Origin: a virus
Lineage: Duplodnaviria; Caudoviricetes
IMG/VR virus record: IMGVR_UViG_3300020045_001103
Span: 1-37,171 of that record
Length of the DNA: 37,171 nt
Direction: 5' to 3' (one strand)
Shown here in pieces: positions 9,911-19,013 of this stretch. The notes beneath the pieces are model-generated. The model did no database searches and had not been told where the DNA came from. It saw only the letters and a list, made by a program, of their open reading frames with translations. Numbering within the stretch: position 1 is the first letter of the stretch; each line of letters starts with the position of its first letter. The translations under genes and the position numbers were made by a program.

Positions 9911-10425
9911 ATTGATTGATATTTATTCATAAGTGTAAACTTGGAGAAAATAGCTTTAGAGATAATTCTCCAAGACTTAGGTGTAAAGTTAAATCTCCAA
10001 TACCACTTATATTTGAATTTAGCTTCTTGTCCACTTCTATACCATTTAATAATTGGTCTATATCCTAAAGTATGAGTATTCTTATGGTATATAGGTTTAA
10101 CTTTAGTAGTTCCATAAACTTCTTTAGTCTTACCCCAATCAGGTATTTTCTTGGATTTATATTTTCTTATTTGTAATAATCCTAATCTACTAGGTATCTT
10201 ATAGGAAAACCCAGTCTCCATTAGATAGAAGACCAGGTGTTTCAAATAGATTAAAATTATTAATCTCCATTCTTTATAAGTTAAAGAATGTTTATGTGTT
10301 GTAATTTCTGATTTAGGAAAATAAGGTACTGGAATTGTCTTAGATTCTATATCTCTTGTTTTTAATGAATATCCTAAATATAGTTCTCTAAGGGTTGCCC
10401 TTTGACTAATATTTAATGTCTTCAT
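9907..10425 (-). CDS. IHF/HU-like DNA-binding protein of the crAss-like tail module
   Basis: Very basic; YKIPSRLGLLQIRK, PDWGKTK, YHKNTHTLGY...IKW motifs; conserved position between two ring genes. Start moved to ATG 10425. Confidence 0.7.
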   Translation of the reverse strand: MKTLNISQRATLRELYLGYSLKTRDIESKTIPVPYFPKSEITTHKHSLTYKEWRLIILIYLKHLVFYLMETGFSYKIPSRLGLLQIRKYKSKKIPDWGKTKEVYGTTKVKPIYHKNTHTLGYRPIIKWYRSGQEAKFKYKWYWRFNFTPKSWRIISKAIFSKFTLMNKYQSI

Positions 10426-11065
10426 TAGCATCATTTGTATTATCTGGTTTAATAGACATTGGAATTCCAATTTCTTCTAAAGACATTTTAATCATGAGCA
10501 TTTCTAAATCTTTAGGTACTCCAAAGTCTAAAGAGTTTATATCAAAACAATCTCCATCTCCTCCAGGACATAAGATTTTATCTGCCCAATCTGCAATATC
10601 AGCCCATTGTGCGCATACTACAATAGCTTTAAGATTTGATTCATTCCATATGAGGTAGTGTCCATTTAATTCTGTAGCTACTCTTGTATTACCTTTAATA
10701 GGGTCTAAGTTTCTATAACTTAATTCTCTATAATCTATAACAGGAATTTCTTTTTCTCCTAGAGTCTTTAGAAAGAATAATTCTGTATTTCTTCCAAAGA
10801 TAGTTTCAGGTACAGGGTATCTAGTTTTAAGAACCTTACAACCTATATCTATACAATCACAATCATGAGAATTAGCTTCTATCAACTCCATACAAAAACA
10901 TTGAGGATTAGGTAGTTTATTAAACTTAGAAGCTCTTTGTCTTAGTAAAGTAGATTTAGCTGAATTTAGTACACTATAAAGATACTCATCTGTATAAGGA
11001 GAATCATCAGTAAATTGTTTTATTGCAGTTCTTAATCTACTAATTGATTCTGATACTGTTGCCAT
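10406..11065 (-). CDS. Tail ring protein (ring 2-like)
   Basis: MATVSESISRLR...DDS...Q.FCMELI...C..LKT..P.P pattern and DNTNDA C-terminus; gene order. Confidence 0.7.
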   Translation of the reverse strand: MATVSESISRLRTAIKQFTDDSPYTDEYLYSVLNSAKSTLLRQRASKFNKLPNPQCFCMELIEANSHDCDCIDIGCKVLKTRYPVPETIFGRNTELFFLKTLGEKEIPVIDYRELSYRNLDPIKGNTRVATELNGHYLIWNESNLKAIVVCAQWADIADWADKILCPGGDGDCFDINSLDFGVPKDLEMLMIKMSLEEIGIPMSIKPDNTNDANEDIKY

Positions 11066-11826
11066 ATTATATTAATTTCTTCTGTTATTAAGTTTGGTTC
11101 TATTATTTGATAACTCTCATTAGTAAAGCAGAACCAAATAATCTTTACATCTATTATGTTTAGTCCAGTCTGTTCTTCAAAAATTCTCTTATACAAAGAT
11201 GTTTGAATAGAATATTTATTAAAATTACAATCATCTAATTTATCAAAGGGTTTAAGGAGCTTTTGATATTTATTATCAAACTTAATCTCTTTATCTGTTT
11301 TGTAATCAAATAGTACATAACCCTTGTTTAGATTATCATAAAATAACCCATCCATTTGTCCTGCTAGAAAATCATTAGATATTACAAACTCCATTTTAAC
11401 TGGAGTATATCTATCTTTAAAGTCTATGTAGAAAGCTTCAGCTTGTTTCTTTAGTATATTAAATCTATCATATTTACATTGAATATCTAAAACTTTAGAG
11501 TTCCATAATCCTTCTAAATAGTTATGTATAGCTGTACCACAAGTTAAACCAATGTCTTTCTCTAAAGCCCATTGTTTCTTTACATCAGCAACAGAGGTGG
11601 TTAGAAAAGGTCTATAATCATTTACATCAGGTTTAAATTGCCATATCTTTAGAGTATTCCCAGATTGTTTTAATGCAGTCCATAATGCCCAATAATTCTC
11701 ATTAAAATCATTTTGATATTTACTAATTAAAGAGGTTACAGAAATAAGTTCTTTATCTTTCTTATAATACTTATGTCCTTTTTCTTTAAATAGAATATCA
11801 TTAAACTTTCCAAATATTTCCTCCAT
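11032..11826 (-). CDS. PD-(D/E)XK family exonuclease (lambda-exo/Cas4-like)
   Basis: H.Y, SVTSLI, GTAIHNYLE, E, AGQMDGLF, LFDYKT and YSIQTSLY motifs. Confidence 0.85.
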   Translation of the reverse strand: MEEIFGKFNDILFKEKGHKYYKKDKELISVTSLISKYQNDFNENYWALWTALKQSGNTLKIWQFKPDVNDYRPFLTTSVADVKKQWALEKDIGLTCGTAIHNYLEGLWNSKVLDIQCKYDRFNILKKQAEAFYIDFKDRYTPVKMEFVISNDFLAGQMDGLFYDNLNKGYVLFDYKTDKEIKFDNKYQKLLKPFDKLDDCNFNKYSIQTSLYKRIFEEQTGLNIIDVKIIWFCFTNESYQIIEPNLITEEINIIWQQYQNQLVD

Positions 11827-12859
11827 ATACAAAGTGGTCTTTATTCCATATAATTTGTTCTACTGAAGTTACTCCATCTACTACTGTAGCTATTGCAAAT
11901 CCATTAGTCCATTGTTTTTTCATACTTTTTGTAGCATATCCAAAAGCTGGTGAATTAAAATCAGCCATACTACCTATATTATAAGCTACATGTTCTCCCT
12001 CTCTGTGCATACTGGCGCGATGAGTGTGGCAGAAGAGTATATTCTTTTTATAAGCATCTAAATGTCTTTTACAAGAATTAGTTCCTACAAACTCTCCATG
12101 TATAATAGTTAAATCTCCTATATTAACTTCATCATTAATCCAATCTGTATAAATCTTATATCCTCTAGACTCTAGGTTTAAACCTTCTATAGGACTCTTT
12201 AAAGCACCTTTAAGTTTAGCATAATCTACAGTAGCCATATGTCTATTGAATCTATCCTCATGGTTTCCATAAAGGAATATTTTCTCTGCATCTCTTGGTA
12301 TAACTGCTTCTAGCGTATCTAATACTAAATTACCACTTTTATATTCATCTCCTAGATTAACTCCTTGTACAGTATTTTTACCTTTGTCATGAAAACTTAA
12401 AGTAGCTAAATCTAAGAAATCTCCATTAAAAATTATTCCTTTAACATTTAAGTTAGAAATACATTTAACAGCAGCTTTCATAAAATTCAAATTAAAGAAA
12501 GGTACATGTACACACCCCATTATAATATAAACTCCATTAGATTTTATTTCAGTTTGAGATTCAATAAATTTCTCTATTGAGTATTGGGAAGTAGTAAAAG
12601 TACAACCTGGAAGAGAGTAATCTTTTTCTACCTGATAATAATTAGTTGAGTTAAATTCTTCTATTGTTGGTGCTGAATGTCCTTGAGTCTTTTTAAAGTT
12701 TCTCCATATATCATTAGCAGCTTTTCTCTTTTGAGAATCTGTTCCATTAGTTTTAATTTCAAATCTATTAGCTAGTTCTAACCAAGTATAATTCATTCTT
12801 TCTTCTGTAGAAGTACTCATTAGAAAACTAATTAAAGATTCTTTTCCTGTGCTTTTCAT
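11801..12859 (-). CDS. Calcineurin-like metallophosphoesterase with an N-terminal HTH-like domain
   Basis: GCVH (in place of DxH), NGDFLD, GNHE, IHG and CHTH motifs; N-terminal TWLELANRFEI helix pattern. Confidence 0.85.
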   Translation of the reverse strand: MKSTGKESLISFLMSTSTEERMNYTWLELANRFEIKTNGTDSQKRKAANDIWRNFKKTQGHSAPTIEEFNSTNYYQVEKDYSLPGCTFTTSQYSIEKFIESQTEIKSNGVYIIMGCVHVPFFNLNFMKAAVKCISNLNVKGIIFNGDFLDLATLSFHDKGKNTVQGVNLGDEYKSGNLVLDTLEAVIPRDAEKIFLYGNHEDRFNRHMATVDYAKLKGALKSPIEGLNLESRGYKIYTDWINDEVNIGDLTIIHGEFVGTNSCKRHLDAYKKNILFCHTHRASMHREGEHVAYNIGSMADFNSPAFGYATKSMKKQWTNGFAIATVVDGVTSVEQIIWNKDHFVYGGNIWKV

Positions 12860-12877
12860 GCAATTTAATTTTGATTT

Positions 12878-12918
12878 AAAAAAAATGTACTCAAAGATAA
12901 AATCCCTGAGTACATTTT
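12878..12918 (-). terminator. Rho-independent terminator after the fibre gene
   Basis: Inverted repeat AAAATGTACTCA (12882-12893) / TGAGTACATTTT (12907-12918), followed by a T8 run on the minus strand. Confidence 0.75.
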
Positions 12919-12958
12919 AAGTTATGTTTTAAAGATAAACTTAATGCTATTTAAGCTA

Positions 12959-14134
12959 TTAATTAGTTGTTACTAACAAGATTTCATAAGCACTATTCCA
13001 TTTATAATTAGTAGCTGCAAACCCTGTAACTTGAATATTAATATTACCACCTACAACTACAGCAGTTACACTAGCTGCTTCTAGATTAGCTGTATCATCT
13101 GCACTAAATACATCAGTTATAGTTTGAATAACTACTGTTTCAGCTCTTTTAGTAACAAATAATTTTTTCATCCAAGCTCCACCAGTTGTATTATCATCTT
13201 GTTCACATGTAACAAATACATCAATAAGATGAGAAGAATTATTAGTAAGTGTATCAATAGTATCTATTGTTGTAACAGTAGCATCTGTTGTATTTACTGT
13301 TCCTGTAATTTTAGCAGGAGTTGCTGCATTGTCTTGAAAAGTAGGTGCTGCACCTGCTCCATTAGATGTTAATATTTGTCCAGCATTTCCTGTAGCTACT
13401 TTAGCTGCTACACCATTAGCATCATAAGTAATTAACTCTCCATCCACACCATCTTCCATCATTGCTAAAGTTACTTTCTTAGCACCAATTGTTAAAACAG
13501 TATCTCCTGATACATCTCCTGTATGAGTTGCATTAGTTTTTATAATTGACCAATGAGCCTCAGCAGTAGCAGAATTTCTTTCTGCAATTAATGTATCTCC
13601 TGCTATAACTGGTATAGTAAAGAATGTTCCTGCAACAGTAACAGTATATGTATCTCCAGCTGATACAGCAATAGCAGTTCCAACTTTTTCAGGAGTAGCA
13701 TCATTAGCTGTATCTGTGAATGCAACAGTAACAGTTAAATTTGTATCATCTACAATTGTAGCTACAATTCTTGTTTCTCCTGATACCAAGATGTAATCTC
13801 CTACTTGTAATTCACTTAGAAATAAAGTACCTACACCAACTACTGAAGTACTTGCAGTAGGATTAATAGAACCAGTTAATACATAATTAGTGGAGTCTAA
13901 AACAGGTGTATTAGTGAGAGCATTATAACTACCTTTATAATCCATTCCTGGTGCTATTACTTGAGCTTCTTTAAAATAAAAAGGACTCATTACAGTATCT
14001 TTACTAGTACCTGCTGATATTTCATCAGTAGTAGCAAATTGCAATAAACCATTAATCCATACTGGTTTTCTTAAATATTTTGGGGTTCTTTTCCCATAGA
14101 CAACTGCACTTCTTTCTATATAATTTTTTGCCAT
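12959..14134 (-). CDS. Tail/head fibre-like structural protein
   Basis: Thr/Ala/Val/Gly-rich beta composition with the fibre-type motifs YKGSYNALTNTP, GTLFLSELQVGDYI and GQILTSNGAGAAPTF. Confidence 0.65.
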   Translation of the reverse strand: MAKNYIERSAVVYGKRTPKYLRKPVWINGLLQFATTDEISAGTSKDTVMSPFYFKEAQVIAPGMDYKGSYNALTNTPVLDSTNYVLTGSINPTASTSVVGVGTLFLSELQVGDYILVSGETRIVATIVDDTNLTVTVAFTDTANDATPEKVGTAIAVSAGDTYTVTVAGTFFTIPVIAGDTLIAERNSATAEAHWSIIKTNATHTGDVSGDTVLTIGAKKVTLAMMEDGVDGELITYDANGVAAKVATGNAGQILTSNGAGAAPTFQDNAATPAKITGTVNTTDATVTTIDTIDTLTNNSSHLIDVFVTCEQDDNTTGGAWMKKLFVTKRAETVVIQTITDVFSADDTANLEAASVTAVVVGGNINIQVTGFAATNYKWNSAYEILLVTTN

Positions 14135-14161
14135 TTTTTTATTATTTAATATTATTTAGGA

Positions 14162-15079
14162 TTAAACAAACTCCTTAAATTTATCTAAAGCTATATCATA
14201 AGAAGCTTCACCTAAAGCTATTAACTGTTCATCATCATCCTCATAAACTTCATCAGTATATCCATCAGGTGCTTCTATTATTAATAATTTTACTCTCTTT
14301 AATTTACATCTTAGTATTGTAATCTCCATGTCATTAACAGCTAGTTGATTAGACATACCTTCCATAGCTTGAGTAGTTACAGATATTATATCTTTATCCC
14401 AATTTAGTTTATCTGGTAATCCTAGTTTAACAGGGTGAGAATTAAATAGTACTAATTGTTTAAGCTTAAAAGAATCTAACAACCATCTTCCAGGATTAAA
14501 ACTAATAAATCCACCATCTACATGACTTTTATTTTTATAAACCATAGGTTGTACAAAAGGTACTATTCTAGAGGAACATTCAATCATATCTATCATATCA
14601 TCTAGAGAGTCAGCATCATTAAGACAATATATAACTGGTGTCCAATTATCACCTCTAACTCCAAAAGAATGACATTTAATATCAGATTTCTTGAATACTT
14701 TAAAGTGCTCTTCTGTAAATACTTTCTTATACATAGGCTTAATATCCTGCCAACCTAAATGGTTATGACTTAAAGCTCTAAGTATAGCTCCATCTGCAAC
14801 TTTACCATTCTTTTTAAATGGCTTATTACCTTTATAAGGAAACATATCTCTAATATCTAGGGTTTCAGCAAACTTAATAGCTGATGTCATAAGATTAGGG
14901 TCTACATAAGATACAGCTACAATAGGTGCTACTAAAGCTCCTGAACTAGTACCTATAATAATATTAGGTTTGTCTCCCACTTTAATAGCTACCTCTGCTT
15001 GTCTAAATAAAGCTATTGCTCTAGCTGCTGCACCTGAGAATGACCAAGCTATTAATTTATCTTCAATTTTTCTCTCCAT
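14162..15079 (-). CDS. Patatin-like phospholipase
   Basis: FSGAAAR (oxyanion loop), GTSSG nucleophile elbow, SSRIVPFVQP and DGG catalytic Asp motif. Confidence 0.85.
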   Translation of the reverse strand: MERKIEDKLIAWSFSGAAARAIALFRQAEVAIKVGDKPNIIIGTSSGALVAPIVAVSYVDPNLMTSAIKFAETLDIRDMFPYKGNKPFKKNGKVADGAILRALSHNHLGWQDIKPMYKKVFTEEHFKVFKKSDIKCHSFGVRGDNWTPVIYCLNDADSLDDMIDMIECSSRIVPFVQPMVYKNKSHVDGGFISFNPGRWLLDSFKLKQLVLFNSHPVKLGLPDKLNWDKDIISVTTQAMEGMSNQLAVNDMEITILRCKLKRVKLLIIEAPDGYTDEVYEDDDEQLIALGEASYDIALDKFKEFV

Positions 15080-15123
15080 GTTAAATATGTATTTAAAACC
15101 TTATTTATTATCTTGTCAGATTA

Positions 15124-15423
15124 TTAGCTATTTTTTAACTGTACAAATAAATCATGAATTTCTTGGATAGTCGTTGGTGATACTCCATTGATATTATCAA
15201 TCTTTATTGATTTTAAAGCTGGGTTGCCTAAATAACCAACCAAATCAATTGTAAAATCTTTTACCCCACATACTTCTAAAGTTAATTGTGTTCCATCTTT
15301 ACTTATATAAATCTTCTTTATGTCGCTTTTATTAAGAGTGACACAAGGTGACCCAATTGCTTTTAGGTAGTCATTGCTTTTTACTGTAAATGTGTTTACA
15401 GAAGATGTTATTTCTATATTCAT
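15124..15423 (-). CDS. Hypothetical protein
   Basis: 99-aa ORF with ATG, tightly packed behind the upstream gene. Confidence 0.6.
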   Translation of the reverse strand: MNIEITSSVNTFTVKSNDYLKAIGSPCVTLNKSDIKKIYISKDGTQLTLEVCGVKDFTIDLVGYLGNPALKSIKIDNINGVSPTTIQEIHDLFVQLKNS

Positions 15424-15424
15424 A

Positions 15425-16306
15425 TTAATCTTGGACTAGAATTAAATCATATTCTCCCTCTACTACTGTATTGTTATTTGTAACTGTTGAACAAGTTAGT
15501 TTGGTGAGGCTCTTACCTTGTAATATAAATGGACAAGAATTAGTATAATCCAACTCTACAAAACTTGCACCTGAATTATTCAATCCCATTTGTGTTTTCA
15601 ATTGAAATACTCCATCAAAAGGCTTGTTTAATAACTGAATTGTTGCCCCACTGTTTGCAATTGTATTAGTCATTCTCCCCCTACATCTCATTATATACCC
15701 TTTATATCCAACTGGAATCATATAAATTGATGAAACACTTTGATTATTACCAGCAAGCATATTGATTGTAATAGTACCATCAACTGCTGCTGTACCTGTA
15801 ATGTTACCTACATTATTAGTAGAGCCTGTGTTTTGAATTAAATGGATATGAAAATAACTATTTACTGTTGCTACAGGAGTTGTTCCATTCATTGTTATAG
15901 TTTCACTTTGTGCGTTGTAGCTACTATTTATACCACGTATTAAAATGGTCATAGTATCACTTACACTAGTACTGACAAAGTTGTGAACTCTTGCAGCAGT
16001 TGGTTGTACATATACACCCGAAGTTCCCCACAAATCCTCTGGAAATGTTCCTGTATCAACATCATCATTCAATCCAAATTTTGTAATAGTCATTGACCCC
16101 GCTACATTCCCCTTAGCTATCTCAAATAAATAGTTTTTAGGGGGAGTTGCAATAGAAACTGGTTGAGTATCAGTTAATTTAGCTTTAAGTAAAAGCTCTG
16201 TCAACAAGTTTGCTAATTTAGTATTAATAGCTTCTTGTTCTGTTGTTTGGAGTTGCTGCTCTGCTAAACTAGCATCTCCTCCATTTTGCATTATTTCAAA
16301 GCTCAT
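15425..16306 (-). CDS. Putative fibre/spike structural protein (N-terminal coiled coil plus beta domain)
   Basis: ASLAEQQLQT coiled coil, then a KFGLNDDVDT..PEDLW beta-rich domain; inside the fibre block. Confidence 0.5.
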   Translation of the reverse strand: MSFEIMQNGGDASLAEQQLQTTEQEAINTKLANLLTELLLKAKLTDTQPVSIATPPKNYLFEIAKGNVAGSMTITKFGLNDDVDTGTFPEDLWGTSGVYVQPTAARVHNFVSTSVSDTMTILIRGINSSYNAQSETITMNGTTPVATVNSYFHIHLIQNTGSTNNVGNITGTAAVDGTITINMLAGNNQSVSSIYMIPVGYKGYIMRCRGRMTNTIANSGATIQLLNKPFDGVFQLKTQMGLNNSGASFVELDYTNSCPFILQGKSLTKLTCSTVTNNNTVVEGEYDLILVQD

Positions 16307-16307
16307 A

Positions 16308-16541
16308 TTATATCAATGGATTAGACCATTCAGGTTTTTGCATTTCAACTAATATCTGTTCATGAGTATATTCAGTATAAGATGCTAACTCAGAATAATT
16401 GTTTTCATCACCTTCTGCTAATTTAACTAAGACTAAAGTATTATCTAAACTAGTTCTTTGTTCTTGGAAATTACCTACTATTTTACCTATAAGGTTAAAC
16501 ATAAGCTCCATTGTTAATGGTATTATAAAGTATCTGTTCAT
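16308..16541 (-). CDS. Small hypothetical protein, possibly a fibre chaperone/accessory
   Basis: RTSLDNTLVLVK...YTHEQILVEMQKPEW pattern; adjacent to the LamG gene. Confidence 0.55.
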   Translation of the reverse strand: MNRYFIIPLTMELMFNLIGKIVGNFQEQRTSLDNTLVLVKLAEGDENNYSELASYTEYTHEQILVEMQKPEWSNPLI

Positions 16542-16552
16542 AGTTGTATTAT

Positions 16553-17320
16553 TTAAGGTACGTCAGTTGTTCTATCAGTAAATTCCATATTAACCGTAAA
16601 AGGAGATATTTGTAGCGGGTCTAATTCGTTTGGGAAAAAAAATTCCGTACCTATCTCTGTTGCAAACAAAGCACCCTGTCCAGACTTCCACCCCATGACT
16701 TGATTAGCAAAATTTAAAGATGTTTCTAGCATCACACCCACGTTATAATCCGCTAAAACTTGAGCCGCAGTAAATTCTGTATTAAATAATCTTGTATAAC
16801 CTATTTTGCCATTGAAGTACATGATTTCGGCAGGGTCGTAACTAATACTCAAAGGTTGTGAATTATTCATTGTACCAACAAAATCATTCCGCAATACTGC
16901 TCTTCCTACAACCTCAACCCCATTTACAAAAAATTTAACCCCTGATTGGTCACTATTCCCGTTATAGGTAAAAGCTACATGATACCAAGTGTTATTTGTA
17001 AGCGATAGTCCCGAAGTTGTAACATAAATAAAATTACCTAAGCTATTCATTAATGCCAATTGGAGTTGTCCAGAGCCTATAAAAAAAACATAACCTTTGT
17101 ATGAAGCATCTCTTTTTGAAAGAATCCCCTGAAACGCTGCTGCTGCATAATTTGCAGATTTAACCCAAGATGTTCCAGTAAAAGAATCCGTTATTGCAAA
17201 ATCATAAGCTGCATCATTATAGAATTTTATGTATTCATTTACCCCATCGAAAGACATAGAATATGGTACAAGAGGAACTGAACTACTTTGCTGTATGAAG
17301 AATCCTGTGTTAAAACTCAT
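16553..17320 (-). CDS. LamG / concanavalin A-like lectin domain protein (putative receptor-binding)
   Basis: SMSFDGVNEYI, FTGTSWVK, NTWYHVAFTYNG, KFFVNG and YFNGKIGYTRLFNTEFT motifs. Confidence 0.85.
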   Translation of the reverse strand: MSFNTGFFIQQSSSVPLVPYSMSFDGVNEYIKFYNDAAYDFAITDSFTGTSWVKSANYAAAAFQGILSKRDASYKGYVFFIGSGQLQLALMNSLGNFIYVTTSGLSLTNNTWYHVAFTYNGNSDQSGVKFFVNGVEVVGRAVLRNDFVGTMNNSQPLSISYDPAEIMYFNGKIGYTRLFNTEFTAAQVLADYNVGVMLETSLNFANQVMGWKSGQGALFATEIGTEFFFPNELDPLQISPFTVNMEFTDRTTDVP

Positions 17321-17321
17321 G

Positions 17322-17723
17322 TTATTGCATTATTGTTATTAGAACTGTTCCAGCTCCATTAAAAACTATACTATTAGTGCTAACTGTATCAGCTTTAATA
17401 GTTGCTCCTAAAATAGTAGCTGTACCTAAAGTATAAGGATATATAATTGGATTACCATCTAAAGTTACAGTAACACTTGGAGAACATACAAAACTAACTT
17501 CTTTAAAGTTATTTACTGTATAATTTGTAGGTGCTATTACTGCCTCATGAGAAGGTGTATTAGCTGTATTTAAAGCAGCTTCTATATTATTTAATTCAGC
17601 AGTTTGAGCTTGTTGTTCAGCTAAAGTAGCATTACTTAAAGCACCTCCTCCAGAACCAGACCCTTGTTTATCAAAAAGCCCTAATGCTTTAAGTGTATTA
17701 TTGGTTGTTTTTAGACCCCCCAT
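17322..17723 (-). CDS. Putative small fibre/structural protein
   Basis: GSGSGGG linker, ATLAEQQAQT coiled coil and a short beta-sandwich C-terminus. Confidence 0.5.
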   Translation of the reverse strand: MGGLKTTNNTLKALGLFDKQGSGSGGGALSNATLAEQQAQTAELNNIEAALNTANTPSHEAVIAPTNYTVNNFKEVSFVCSPSVTVTLDGNPIIYPYTLGTATILGATIKADTVSTNSIVFNGAGTVLITIMQ

Positions 17724-17967
17724 AATTTAATATATCTTGTTTAAAATTAATTAATTCTTTTACCCCTAAATCAGCAAACATACCAACTAGAATAGTCATA
17801 ACTAGACTATTGTTCATACATGGTATAAAACCTGTAATACAAGTTATAAAAGCAAAGGTAATACAAATAACCCAAAGGTCTGTTCTACCATCTTTTGTTC
17901 CTAATTTAGTTAACCATTTTAGAAATCCTAAAATTGCTATTGATATGATTTTTATATTCTTCGCCAT
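17698..17967 (-). CDS. Small membrane protein, holin-like
   Basis: 89 aa with an amphipathic N-terminal helix and two hydrophobic segments (LWVICITFAFITCITGFI, LVMTILVGMFADLGV). Confidence 0.45.
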   Translation of the reverse strand: MAKNIKIISIAILGFLKWLTKLGTKDGRTDLWVICITFAFITCITGFIPCMNNSLVMTILVGMFADLGVKELINFKQDILNYGGSKNNQ

Positions 17968-17968
17968 T

Positions 17969-18793
17969 TTATAAATATTTAGAGGTTACTACCCACATAG
18001 AAACTCCATCAAATACTACAGTTAAAGATTGATTTTTAAGAGTTAATACAGCACCAGAAGCTCCATCTACAGTATGTCCAGCTCCAGCTGTTAATTGAAA
18101 GTTATTAACATCTCCCAGTTTTTTAATAACTACTTCATCTCCTTCTGTTGGACTAGTTTTTAATTTAACTTCCTTATTACCTGAAGTAGTATCCATTATA
18201 ACCAATTCTTTACTAGTCACTATTGTATATGGACTTGTAGGATTAATTACAACTTCATAATTTCCAGAATAAGTAGTTTCATCAGCCCACTCAGCTTTAC
18301 CTGTTGTAGCATTAGTTAATTTAAGTACTTGTCCAACTGTAGCTGTAGTAGCTATAACAGCAGGAGTAGCTAAATCTAAACTATTAGTAGCTACAAATCT
18401 TATAGTATCACTACTAAGTTGTATGGAGTCAGAAAAATCAAAATCTAGAAAAGTACCATTAGCTATAAGATTTTCTAGTTCTTCTAAAGTTAAAGAATAA
18501 GTTAACCCACCTCCATTTATAGTAGTATTCTTAATAAGAACTCCACCTAGTTGTACTATTAATCCTGATAAACTTAAACCATTGTTAGCATTACTAAGGT
18601 AATTAGTTAATAAAGTAATCCAATGTACATCATAATCTTGATTAGTTTCTTTAGCTAATACTTGACCAGTAGTTCCTCCTGGAGGTAAAGTAGGTACTTC
18701 TGTATAAGTAGCTTGCCACACATTAGTCAAACTATTAGGTCTTGGATTATCTGGAAAAGCTCTTTTGTCTCCTTTTAATATATATCTAGCCAC
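17969..18793 (-). CDS. Tail fibre protein
   Basis: LPPGGTTGQVLAK, ANNGLSLSG..VQLGG, GQVLKL and a C-terminal V.L...P.EGDEVVIK..ID G-type domain; follows the hub genes. Confidence 0.7.
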   Translation of the reverse strand: MARYILKGDKRAFPDNPRPNSLTNVWQATYTEVPTLPPGGTTGQVLAKETNQDYDVHWITLLTNYLSNANNGLSLSGLIVQLGGVLIKNTTINGGGLTYSLTLEELENLIANGTFLDFDFSDSIQLSSDTIRFVATNSLDLATPAVIATTATVGQVLKLTNATTGKAEWADETTYSGNYEVVINPTSPYTIVTSKELVIMDTTSGNKEVKLKTSPTEGDEVVIKKLGDVNNFQLTAGAGHTVDGASGAVLTLKNQSLTVVFDGVSMWVVTSKYL

Positions 18794-19013
18794 AGGTTAT
18801 ACAGTTTAATCTGGTAAATTTTTTTACTTTTGTCAAAAATGCAATTGGTAAATCACATCCTGTTCTACTAATTATTAAATAATTATAGGCTGTATCCCTA
18901 AGAAGGATATATTTATCTAAGTCACATTCTATCCCATAATACTCAGCCTTAATTATATATAAAGTGTTTACTAGAAGTACGCATTTAAGACAGTTAATTG
19001 TTGTTACATCCAC
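18786..19013 (-). CDS. Tail hub B-like small Cys-rich protein
   Basis: 75 aa with YYGIEC and a C-terminal CITCG; follows the hub A-like gene as in crAss-like gene order. Confidence 0.5.
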   Translation of the reverse strand: MDVTTINCLKCVLLVNTLYIIKAEYYGIECDLDKYILLRDTAYNYLIISRTGCDLPIAFLTKVKKFTRLNCITCG

